The translations under genes were made by a program, and so were the position numbers. From Eledone cirrhosa (Eukaryota): a stretch of 64,000 bases of DNA. Shown in pieces: positions 12,110 through 25,100 of the stretch (its first letter is position 1; every line of letters begins with the position of its first letter). The notes under the pieces are model-generated. The model did not search any database. It was not told the DNA's origin and saw only the letters and a program-made list of their open reading frames with translations. The stretch lies in NCBI GenBank assembly GCA_964016885.1, contig OZ024743.1, positions 84,506,001 through 84,570,000 on the forward strand, read 5' to 3'.

Positions 12110-13160
12110 TAATTGTTTCTACTTTAGGCACAAGGCCAACAATTTTGGGTGGAGGGCAAAGTCGATTAAATCAACCTCAGTGCATTACTGGTACTTTATT
12201 TATCGACCCCCGTAAGGATGAAAGGCAAAGTTAACCTCGGCGAGATTTGAACTCAGAAAGTAAAGGGCTGCAACTCAATGCAGCAAAGCATGTTGTCTGA
12301 CGTTCTAGAGATACTGCCAATCTACTGCCACAATAATAATAATTGTTTCTACTTTTGACACAAGGCCAGCAATTACCCAGTACATACATTACTGGTACTT
12401 TATTTTATCAACCCCGTAAGGATGAAAGGCAAAGTTAACCTTGGCGGGATTTGAACTCAGAACGTAAGGGACGTAACTATGCTGGAAAGCATGGTGTCCA
12501 ACCCTCTACCGATACTGCCAATTCACCTAATAATAATAATAATTGTTTCAACATTTGGCACACGGCTAGAAATTTAGGGGGCAAGGGAAAGCTAATTATA
12601 TTAACCCCTGGGTATGCCTGGAACTGTATTTTATCATACCCCGAAAATATGAAAGGCAAAGTTGACCCCTGCAGGATTTGAATTCAGAATGTGTTGAGAT
12701 AGATATAACTAAATACTGCAAAGCAATTTGTCTGCTACTCAAACAATTCTGCCAATCATAATTGTTTCTAAAATAGGTACAAGGCCAGCAATGTTAGGGG
12801 AAAGTCAATCAAATCAACCTCAGGACTTGTAATTTATTTTATCAACCTGTAACAATGAAAATCAAAGCTAATATCGGTGAAATTTGAACTCAGAATGTAA
12901 AGGGTTACAACTATATGCCACAAAGTGTGTTGTCTGACATTCTATCAATACTGCCAATAGGCATAAAACCAACAATTTTGGAGGAGGGGAAAGTCGATCA
13001 AATCAACCCCAGTACTTGATTTGTACTTTTATTTTATTGACCCCAGGAAAATGAAAAACAAAGTTGAACATGGCAGGAGTTAAACTGAGAGTGCAGAGAA
13101 GTGAAATGAATACAGCAAAGCATTCTATCTGACATTCTAATGACTCTGCCAATTTGCCAC
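12110..13160 (-). mobile_element. Five head-to-tail copies of the tRNA/Meta-like SINE
   Basis: Copies begin (on the + strand) at ~12110, 12340, 12540, 12758 and 12960; each carries the core and a box-B-like motif. Confidence 0.85.
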
Positions 13161-13444
13161 CTGTATTGTATTTATGTATATACTTTGATATAGATAAATA
13201 AATAACCTTCTGCAGGTGGAGTTTTTTTTTTTGTTTGGTGGGATGTTGGCAAAAATAAGGACAGTGATTGGTATAAAGACAAATATAAGAGGACATTTTC
13301 ATTGAATTCTTGTTATATCACAATAAAGATGTAATGTAATAATAAAAATATACAAAGTGGCGGGAATTAATGATTTATGGTGATGTGACATTGTAATGAC
13401 TCTGCCAATTCACTGCCTAACTCAAAAGTAGTACCCACTCTCTA

Positions 13445-13555
<111 letters not shown>

Positions 13556-13569
13556 CTACAAATAGATAC

Positions 13570-14236
13570 ATGTGAATATATTTTAAATATGGGTTATATA
13601 AATGTGAATATATTTTAAATATGGGTTATATAAATGTGAATATATTTTAAATATGGGTTATATAAATGTGAATATATTTTAGATGTAGGCTATATAAATG
13701 TGAATATATTTTAGATGTAGGCTATATAAATGTGAATATATTTTAGATGTAGGCTATATAAATGTGAATATATTTTAGATGTAGGCTATATAAATATGAA
13801 TATATTTTAGATGTAGGCTATATAAATGTGAATATATTTTAGATGTAGGCTATATAAATGTGAATATATTTTAGATGTAGGCTATATAAATATGAATATA
13901 TTTTAGATGTAGGCTATATAAATTTGAATATATTTTAGATGTAGGCTATATAAATGTGAATATATTTTAGATGTAGGCTATATAAATGTGAATATATTTT
14001 AGATGTAGGCTATATAAATTTGAATATATTTTAGATGTAGGCTATATAAATGTGAATATAGTTTAGATGTAGGCTATATAAATGTGAATATATCTTAGAT
14101 GTAGGCTATATAAATGTGAATATATTTTAGATGTAGGCTATATAAATGTTAATGTATCATCATCATCGTTTAATATCTATCTTCCACGCTAGCATATAGG
14201 CTATATAAATGTGAATATATTTCAAATGTAGGCTAT
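13570..14236. repeat. 32-bp AT-rich minisatellite, ~18 copies plus one displaced copy
   Basis: Unit ATGTGAATATATTTTAGATGTAGGCTATATAA; interrupted at ~14157-14195 by an RTE/SINE tail fragment. Confidence 0.95.
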
Positions 14237-14352
14237 GAAAATAACAATATAGACACACAAATAGATTAGTGTTAAGGGTTGGACTATAATGCCACAGGGT
14301 TGAAAATGATATTCTTCTTCTCTTCTTTGACCACTCATTCCTGAGATGGTCG

Positions 14353-14489
14353 TGGAGGCAGAGTCCTTATACATGCCTTCCAAAGGGTTATAGTGGCAGA
14401 GTCCTTAGACATACTTTCCAGAGGGTTATAGTGACAGAGTCCTTAGACATACCTTCCAGAGGCTCACGGAGGTAGAGTCCTTATACATG
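14353..14489. repeat. 38-bp minisatellite, ~3.5 copies, derived from an RTE-like 3' end
   Basis: Unit GGCAGAGTCCTTAGACATACTTTCCAGAGGGTTATAGT; resembles 62625-62655. Confidence 0.75.
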
Positions 14490-15096
14490 AGGGTTTTAAA
14501 GGATGCAGTGTCTCGACAGCTAACGACTGATGCAGGTAGTTTGTTCTATTCTTCAGCAACTCTGAGCGTGAAAATTTGTTTCCGAAGTCATGGGAGCTGT
14601 GCTGTTTTCTGATTTTGTTGGCATGCCCACGTGTGTTAGACATATGGAAGTCAAAAAAGTACTAAGGATTGTTGTTGGCAAGATGGTTAATAATTTTGTT
14701 ATTAAGTTGCCAGACATCGGAGCTTCAATGTATCCATGCCCAGGAAAGCAAGGTTTTCAGAGTATGGTATATGCCTGATGGAGGGTATTTTCTTGATTGC
14801 ACGTCTCTGAACAGTTTCCAGGTGGTCAATGTTCTGAGCAAGATAGGGGTTCCAGACTGGTGATGCAAATTCTAAGTGTGGCTGCACCATAGCTATATAC
14901 AGCTTTAAATAGATAGCTGGAGAGTGGCTGACAAAGGTCTCGCTGAGTGATGCTAAGACGCCCTTGGCCTTCTTGACAATTTTAGAGACATGCTTCGTCC
15001 AACGCAAATCACTGCTGACAGTAATGCCCAGGTCACGTTCACAAGAAGACTTCTTGATATTAGTGTTGTGGAGGGAGTATGTGGACGCTGGGTTTT
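14490..15096 (-). mobile_element. CR1/L2-type LINE fragment, same family
   Basis: NPASTYSLHNT..ERDLGI..PHLEFASPVWNP, with a frameshift near 14700. Confidence 0.9.
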
Positions 15097-15659
15097 GATG
15101 ATGATGATGGTGATGCATCTTTGCACCAATACATTCCAGGTCAAGAAAATGGAGTAAAAATCCATATATATATGTGTGTGTGTGTGTGTGTTCATATAGA
15201 CACCACAACAACAACTTATGCCATAACTAAATCAATTAATCAATCTATAAACCAGAGAAGTAATAGAGAACAACTGGAAAATCATGAGACATTCCATTGC
15301 TCCAACTTATATAATGAAATTATTGTGTAAAGTGCTCAGGTGCACTTTGTTAAGTTTCATCAGTCTTGTGCACAATTAACCCTTTACTTATATGTAAATT
15401 TAAGATATTATTTTCTGGTTCTCAGACCTTATGGGACACCAACATACACTTGAACCCTTTTTGATTTTAGACACCCCCTTCTCCTGTAAAGACCAAGACA
15501 ACATTAAGTAGAGTGGACCCTCTGAACTAGTTGAGTACCTGACAACTTCTCTGGTGTTGCTGCCACAATATAATACACCCAGTACACTCTGAAGTGGTTG
15601 CTGATCAAATGGAGACAATATAGGCTTGAGAAGAATCTTCAGTCTCATCAAGCATCCTT

Positions 15660-16345
15660 AGTGTTAGTACCATGATAAAATGTACCCCATACACTCTGTA
15701 AAGTAGTAGTGCTGGTGCCATGATAAATGTACCTCATACATTCTGTAGAGTAGTAGTGCTGATTCCACATTAAAATACACCCAGTACACTCTTTAATCTG
15801 AATGGCAATCAAATAGAGAAAATATAGGGTAGAGAAGCCTTTTCAATTTACTTGAATATATAACCTCTCTAGTGCTGGTTCCACAATAAAATGAACTAAA
15901 TACACTCTGTAAAGTAGTAGGGCTGATGCTATAAAAAATGCACCCAGTACACACTGTAAAGTGGTGGGGGCTGATGCTATAAAAAATGCACCCAGTACAC
16001 TCTTTAAAGTAGTGGGGCTGCTGCTATAAAAAAATGCACCCAGTACACTCTTTAAAGTGGTAGTGTTAATGCCAAAATAAAATGCATCCAGTACACTCTG
16101 TAAAGTGGTAGTGCTGGTGCCACAATAAAATGCACCCAGAACACTCATAAAGTAGTGGTGATGAAACCACAATAAATTACACCTGATATACTCTGTAAAG
16201 TGGTAGTGCTGGTGCCAAAATAAAATGCACCCAGTACACTCTGTAAAGTAGTAGTGCTGGTGCCATAATAAAATGCACCTGGTACACTCTGCAATGTGGT
16301 AGTGCTGGTGCCACAATAAAATATACCTGGAACCCTCTGTGAAGT
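15660..16345. repeat. ~48-bp degenerate minisatellite within an RTE-tailed SINE
   Basis: Unit CCAGTACACTCTGTAAAGTGGTAGTGCTGGTGCCACAATAAAATGCAC; related arrays at 4900-5110, 9775-9970 and 44110-44420. Confidence 0.85.
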
Positions 16346-16590
16346 GGTTGGCTTTAGGAAGGGCATTCAGTCATTGTAACCAATCTAAATATGGAATGTA
16401 TGAGCAAGATGTGGTTCTCCGGCCAGTTTAGTCTTGGACCATGACAGCTGGTCCAACCCATGCAAGCATGAACAACAGACATCAAATGATGATGCTGCTG
16501 CTATTTTACAGCAGTGACTATGGTCAATAGGCCCCTTACATCATACCAAAACATAAAGACAATATATAAAAATGGTTAATTAAAACAAAC

Positions 16591-16735
16591 TTGTATCTCT
16601 GTGACTTTCCCTCGTCGTGTGCTGCCACCATCTTGGTCTTCCCACTGCCAATCAACACCACGCATCACCCTTGCTCCGGGGAATATACCTCGTGCTGTAA
16701 CCTTCTTACTTTTCCTTCGCGGTTCTAACATAACT
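16591..16735 (-). CDS. MIB1: MIB1 coding exon 3 (second Mib/Herc2 domain, start)
   Basis: Acceptor TTCTTGCAG|; (R)[48 protein letters not shown]; donor |GTTTGT; 145 nt, phase 2 to 0. Confidence 0.95.
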
Positions 16736-17691
16736 CTGCAAGAAATAGCAAGAATCATTAAATAAGAGTTTACACACACACGTGTATATATATATATACA
16801 CACACTCATCCGTATATACACACATATACACACATATATATATACACACACCTATATATAGGTTAAACAATGAAAACAAAACAGACAAGGTTCTGTGCTT
16901 AATTAATCCATTGTTTTACAATTGTTTCAAAGTGTTAAATAAACTATGATAATATATTGATATATTAATCAATATATTGATATATTGACTAATTGACAGC
17001 AGTTAGATAACTCTGTATTATTAGCTATGACAAAATATGTCCATCTCACCGATGATCAGAAACAATGTGTGTGTATGTATGAGTGTGTGTATGTATGATT
17101 ATATGAATGTATGAATGTGTGCATGCATGCATGTATGAATGAATGAACGTATATATATATGAATGCATGTATATATGTATGTGTGTGGGTGTAAACTTCA
17201 TATTTGTATTTGTTTTGTAAGATTTTGGATGTGAAAGAATGTGTTGAAACAGATACTGTTATACTTTGGTACGGCTGTGCTGTCAATAAAACCACATGTA
17301 CCAACTAAGCTACACTTTAATTGTATTATTAGTCAGGTAACTAATTTATTTTTTGGTTAGTTGAGTAACAGAATGATTATCTGTCAAAGATCTTTTGTCA
17401 CATATATTACGACCTTCTCAATGACTATTCTTGCCCCCCCCCCCCCAATAATTCTCATCTTCGGATCAAACAACTGAAACCAACAGGGTATCAATCAACA
17501 CCAACAACATTAACCCTTTAGTTACCAGCCTAGCCAAAATTGGCTCTAGGTCTGTGAAACAAAACCACTAAAGGTTTTCAATTTAAATTAAAATCTTCCA
17601 ACATAATTTTATATAAGAACCTTACATTAAGTTGCTATTTTAGTAATGAAATAATTAATAATTTTAGTAAATCCCTCAAAATTCTTCATTA

Positions 17692-18292
17692 AATAATAAT
17701 GAAAATTATTGCGTACAGTGCTCAGGTGCACAACTTATCAAAGGTGCATGTATAGTACATAGAATAAGGTACAAATGTCAGGAAAGTGAACACAACACAC
17801 ACACACATGCGTGTGTGTATGGAAGGGGAATATTAGGTGTAGAGTTGGCAAATTTCAGAAAGAAGTTTTAAAGGATGCAGTGTCCCGACATCTAACAACT
17901 GATGCAGGTAGTTTGTTCCATGCTTCTGAGCATGAAAAGATGTTTCTGAAAGTTAAGGGAGCTGTTCTGTTTTCTGATTTTGTAAGCATGTCCACAGGTG
18001 TTAGACACATGGATTTCATAATGGTGCTCAGGGTTGTTGTTGGCAAGATGGTTAATAAATAATCTTGTGGGTGTCTACCAAGTCAGTTACCAGACATCGG
18101 AGCTTTAATGTATCCATGCCCAGGGAAGCAAAGCGTTCAGAGTATGGTAGATGTCTGACGGCGAGTATTCATTTGGTTGCACGTTTCTGAACAGTTTCCA
18201 AGTGATCAATATTCTGAACAAGATAGAGGTTCCAGACTGGTGATGCAAATTCTAAGTGTGGACAGACCATAGCTATATACAGCTTTAAATAG
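17692..18292 (-). mobile_element. CR1/L2-type LINE 3' fragment nested in a TTAA MITE
   Basis: Homologous to the 7008-7808 copy (AWNKLPASVVRCRDTASFK). Flanked by MITE halves starting TTAACCCTTT (17510) and ending AGGGTTAA (18328). Confidence 0.85.
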
Positions 18293-18358
18293 AGTATTTC
18301 ATTAGAAATGTGGTCATGAAAGGGTTAACAACAATCTCTAAAACAAGCAAGTAATTAC

Positions 18359-18530
18359 CTTTCACTGCCAGGTGTAGTGATGCGGTAAAATCTGTGTCTC
18401 ATGTTATGTTTATCTGCATGATAGCAGAGGGAGCACAAGTCGTAGTTAGCACATTCTGCACACTTCCATCGAATGCCAAATATTGGTTGCTGTCTACATG
18501 TATCACACATCGTCCCATCATGTTTGATTC
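18359..18530 (-). CDS. MIB1: MIB1 coding exon 2 (ZZ zinc finger)
   Basis: Acceptor TTTATTAG|; encodes (G)[56 protein letters not shown](R); donor AG|GTAATT; 172 nt, phase 1 to 2. Not in the ORF track. Confidence 0.96.
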
Positions 18531-18549
18531 CTAATAAAGAAACATATCA

Positions 18550-19030
18550 ACACCAATATATTACTGGTAATACTTTTTATTGACACAAAGGAACATCACA
18601 TTATATATAGTAAATCAGGTTAAGACATGAGTTATATAAATATCTATGTTGGTGGCCCCTCACTCAACATAAATATCAACCAACCCCAATATATTACTGG
18701 TACTGCTTTTTATTGATACAAAGGAACTTCAAATTATATACAGTAAATCAAGTTGAATTATATGAACATGTAAGTTGGTGGCCACGCATTCAACATAAAT
18801 ATCAATCAACCCCAATATATTACTGGTACTGCTTTTTATTGACACTTAGATATTTCAATTATATACTGTAAGTCAGGTTAAGACATGAGTTATATGAATA
18901 TGTAAGCTGGTGGCCGTACATTCAACAGAAATATCAATCGACACTAACATATTGGCGGCCCCGGTTTTTTATTGATACAAAAGAACTCTAAACTTGATGT
19001 AGTAAATCAAGCTGAGACAGGTTGAGCTAC
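18550..19030. repeat. ~125-134-bp tandem repeat, ~3.5 copies
   Basis: CCAATATATTACTGGTA recurs at ~18553, 18687 and 18812, with a degenerate copy at ~18945. Confidence 0.85.
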
Positions 19031-19174
19031 ATGAATATGTGAAGTGGTGTCCGCGCACCCACTCAAGCACTGTAACTACACAACCATTTAAAAACAGGTT
19101 CTAATCATCTTGATTTAATTCTACTCTCACAACCAGGTATTATCTTGTGTCCATACCATCTTTTCCACTATCAA

Positions 19175-22100
19175 CTACCATCACATCCATACCACTACCA
19201 CCTACCTCTACTGTAGCTACTACCATTATATGTCCATACCACTACCACCTACCTCTACTGTAGCTACTACCATCACATCCATACCACTACCACCTACCTC
19301 TACTGTAGCTACTACCATTATATGTCCATACCACTACCACCTAACTCTACTGTAGCTACTACCATCACATCCATACCACTACCACCTACCTCTACTGTAG
19401 CTACTACCATTATATGTCCATACCACCACCACCTACCTCTACTGTAGCTACTACCATTATATGTCCATACCTACACCACCTACCTCTACTGTAGCTACTA
19501 CCATCACGTCCATACCACTACCACCTACCTCTACTGTAACTACTACCATCACGTCCATATCACTACCACCTACCTCTACTGTAGCTACTACCATTATATG
19601 TCCATACCACCACCACCTACCTCTACTGTAGCTACTACCATTATATGTCCATACCACTACCACCTACCTCTACTGTAGCTACTACCATCACGTCCATATC
19701 ACTACCACCTACCTCTACTGTACCTACTACCATCACATCCATACCACTACCACCTACCTCTACTGTAGCTACTACCATTATATGTCCATACCACTACCAC
19801 CTAACTCTACTGTAGCTACTACCATTATATGTCCATACCACCACCACCTACCTCTACTGTAGCTACTACCATCACATCCATACCACTACCACCTACCTCT
19901 ACTGTAGCTACTACCATTATATGCCCATACCACTACCACCTACCTCTACAGTAGCTACTACCATCACGTCCATATCACTACCACCTACCTCTACTGTAGC
20001 TACTACCATCACGTCCATACCACTACCACCTACCTCTACTGTAGCTACTACCATTATATGTGCATACCACCACCACCTACCTCTACTGTAGCTACTACCA
20101 TCACATCCATACCACTACCACCTACCTCTACTGTAGCTACTACCATTATATGTCCATACCACCACCACCTACCTCTACTGTAGCTACTACCATTATATGT
20201 CCATACCACTACCACCTACCTCTACTGTAGCTACTACCATCACATCCATACCACCACCACCTACCTCTACTGTAGCTACTACCATTATATGTCCATACCA
20301 CCACCACCTACCTCTACTGTAGCTACTACCATTATATGTCCATACCACCACCACCTACCTCTACTGTAGCTACTACCATCACATCCATACCACCACCACC
20401 TACCTCTACTGTAGCTACTACCATCACATCCATACCACCACCACCTACCTCTACTGTAGCTACTACCATTATATGTCCAGACCACCACCACCTACCTCTA
20501 CTGTAGCTACCATTATATGTCCATACCACCACCACCTACCTCTACTGTAGCTACTACCATTATATGTCAATATCACTACCACCTACCTCTACTGTAGCTA
20601 CTACCATTATATGTCCATACCACTACCACCTACCTCTACTGTAGCTACTACCATTATATGTCCATACCACTACCACCTACCTCTACTGTAGCTACTACCA
20701 TCACGTCCATACCACTACCACCTACCTCTACTGTAGCTACTACCATCACGTCCATACCACTACCACCTACCTCTACTGTAGCTACTACCATCACGTCCAT
20801 ACCACTACCACCTACCTCTACTGTAGCTACTACCATTATATGTCCATACCACCACCACCTACCTCTACTGTAGCTACTACCATCACATCCATACCACCAC
20901 CACCTACCTCTACTGTAGCTACTACCATTATATGTCCATACCACCACCACCTACCTCTGCTGTAGCTACTACCATTATATGTCCATACCACCACCACCTA
21001 CCTCTACTGTAGCTACTACCATTATATGTCCATACCACCAGCACCTACCTCTACTGTAGCTACTACCATTATATGTCCATACCACCACCACCTACCTCTA
21101 CTGTAGCTACTACCATCACATCCATACCACCACCACCTACCTCTACTGTAGCTACTACCATTATATGTCCATACCACCACCACCTACCTCTGCTGTAGCT
21201 ACTACCATTATATGTCCATACCACCACCACCTACCTCTACTGTAGCTACTACCATTATATGTCCATACCACTACCACCTACCTCTACTGTAGCTACTACC
21301 ATTATATGTCCATACCACCACCACCTACCTCTACTGTAGCTACTACCATTATATGTCCATACCACCACCACCTACCTCTACTGTAGCTACTACCATTATA
21401 TGTCCATACCACTACCACCTACCTCTACTGTAGCTACTACCATTATATGTCCATACCACCACCACCTACCTCTACTGTAGCTACTACCATCACATCCATA
21501 CCACCACCACCTACCTCTACTGTAGCTACTACCATTATATGTCCATACCACTACCACCTACCTCTACTGTAGCTACTACCATTATATGTCCATACCACCA
21601 CCACCTACCTCTACTGTAGCTACTACCATCACATCCATACCACTACCACCTACCTCTACCGTAGCTACTACCATTATATGTCCATACCACCACCACCTAC
21701 CTCTACTGTAGCTACTACCATTATATGTCCATACCACCACCACCTACCTCTACTGTAGCTACTACCATTATATGTCCATACCACTACCACCTACCTCTAC
21801 TGTAGCTACTACCATTATATGTCCATACCACCACCACCTACCTCTACTGTAGCTACTACCATTATATGTCCATACCACCACCACCTACCTCTACTGTAGC
21901 TACTACCATTATATGTCCATACCACCACCACCTACCTCTACTGTAGCTACTACCATTATATGTCCATACCACCACCACCTACCTCTACTGTAGCTACTAC
22001 CATTATATGTCCATACCACTACCACCTACCTCTACTGTAGCTACTACCATTATATGTCCATACCACCACCACCTACCTCTACTGTAGCTACTACCATTAT

Positions 22101-25100
22101 ATGTCCATACCACCACCACCTACCTCTACTGTAGCTACTACCATTATATGTCCATACCACCACCACCTACCTCTACTGTAGCTACTACCATTATATGTCC
22201 ATACCACCACCACCTACCTCTACTGTAGCTACTACCATTATATGTCCATACCACCACCACCTACCTCTACTGTAGCTACTATTATATGTCCATACCACCA
22301 CCACCTACCTCTACTGTAGCTACTACCATCACATCCATACCACTACCACCTACCTCTACTGTAACTACTACCATTATATGTCCATACCACCACCACCTAC
22401 CTCTACTGTAGCTACTACCATTATATGTCCATACCACTACCACCTACCTCTACTGTAGCTACTACCATTATATGTCCATACCACCACCACCTACCTCTAC
22501 TGTAGCTACTACCATCACATCCATACCACCACCACCTACCTCTACTGTAGCTACTACCATCATATCCATACCACCACCACCTACCTCTACTGTAGCTACT
22601 ACCATTATATGTCCATACCACCACCACCTACCTCTACTGTAGCTACCATTATATGTCCATACCACCACCACCTACCTCTACTGTAGCTACTACCATTATA
22701 TGTCCATACCACTACCACCTACCTCTACTGTAGCTACTACCATTATATGTCCATACCACCAGCACCTACCTCTACTGTAGCTACTACCATTATATGTCCA
22801 TACCACCACCACCTACCTCTACTGTAGCTACTACCATTATATGTCCATACCACTACCACCTACCTCTACTGTAGCTACTACCATTATATGTCAATATCAC
22901 TACCACCTACCTCTACTGTAGCTACTACCATTATATGTCCATACCACTACCACCTACCTCTACTGTAGCTACTACCATTATATGTCCATACAACTACCAC
23001 CCCCTCTACTGTAGCTACTACCATCACGTCCATACCACTACCACCTACCTCTACTGTAGCTACTACCATCACGTCCATACCACTACCACCTACCTCTACT
23101 GTATCTACTACCATTATGTATCCATACCACCACCACCTACCTCTACTGTAGCTACTACCATTATATGTCAATACCACTACCACCTACCTCTACTGTAGCT
23201 ACTACCATCACATCCATACCACCACCACCTACCTCTACAGTAGCTACTACCATCACGTCCATACCACTACCACCTACCTCTACTGTAGCTACTACCATCA
23301 CATCCATACCACTACCACCTACCTCTACTGTAGCTACTACCATTATATGTCCATACCACTACCACCTACCTCTACTGTAGCTACTACCATCACATCCATA
23401 CCACTACCACCTACCTCTACTGTAGCTACTACCATTATATGTCCATACCACCCCCACCTACCTCTACTGTAGCTACTACCATTATATGTCCATACCACTA
23501 CCACCTACCTCTACTGTAGCTACTACTATCACGTCCATACCACTACCACCTACCTCTACTGTAGCTACTACCATTATATGTCCATACCACCACCACCTGC
23601 CTCTACTGTAGCTACTACCATCACATCCATACCACTACCACCTACCTCTACTGTAGCTACTACCATTATATGTCCATACCACCACGACCTACCTCTGCTG
23701 TAGCTACTACCATTATATGTCCATACCACTACCACCTACCTCTACTGTAGCTACTACCATTATATGTCCATACCACTACCACCTACCTCTACTGTAGCTA
23801 CTACCATTATATGTCCATACCAGTACCACCTACCTCTACTGTAGCTACTATCATCACGTCCATACCACTACCACCTACCTCTACTGTAGCTACTACCATG
23901 ACGTCCATACCACTACCACCTACCTCTACTGTAGCTACTACCATCACATCCATACCACCACCACCTACCTCTACTGTAGCTACTACCATTATATGTCCAT
24001 ACCACTACCACCTACCTCTACTGTAGCTACTACCATTATATGTCCATACCACTACCACCTACTTCTACTGTAGCTACTACCATTATATGTCCATACCACC
24101 ACCACCTACCTCTACTGTAGCTACTACCATTATATGTCCATACCACTACCACCTACTTCTACTGTAGCTACTACCATTATATGTCCATACCACCACCACC
24201 TACCTCTACTGTAGCTACTACCATTATATGTCCATACCACTACCACCTACCTCTACTGTAGCTACTACCATTATATGTCCATACCACTACCACCTAACTC
24301 TACTGTAGCTACTACCATCACGTCCATACCACTACCACCTACCTCTACTGTAGCTACTACCATTATATGTCCATACCACTACCACCTACCTCTGCTGTAG
24401 CTACTACCATCACATCCATACCACTACCACCTACCTCTACTGTAGCTACTACCATCACGTCCATACCACCACCACCTACCTCTACTGTAGCTACTACCAT
24501 CACATCCATACCTCCAGCACCTACCTCTACTGTAGCTACTACCATCACATCCATACCACCACCACCTACCTCTACTGTAGCTACTACCATTATATGTCCA
24601 TACCACCACTACCTACCTCTACTGTAGCTACTACCATTATATGTCCATACCACTACCACCTACCTCTACTGTAGCTACTACCATTATATGTCCATACCAC
24701 TACCACCTACTTCTACTGTAGCTACTACCATTATATGTCCATACCACTACCACCTACCTCTACTGTAGCTACTACCATTATATGTCCATACCACCACCAC
24801 CTACCTCTACTGTAGCTACTACCATTATATGTCCATACCACCACCACCTACCTCTACTGTAGCTACTACCATTATATGTCCATACCGCCACCACCTACCT
24901 CTACTGTAGCTACCATTATATGTCCATACCACCACCACCTACCTCTACTGTAGTTACTACCATTATATGTCCATACCACCACCACCTACCTCTACTGTAG
25001 CTACCATTATATGTCCATACCACCACCACCTACCTCTACTGTAGCTACCATGATATGTCCATACCACCACCACCTACCTCTACTGTAGCTACTACCATTA

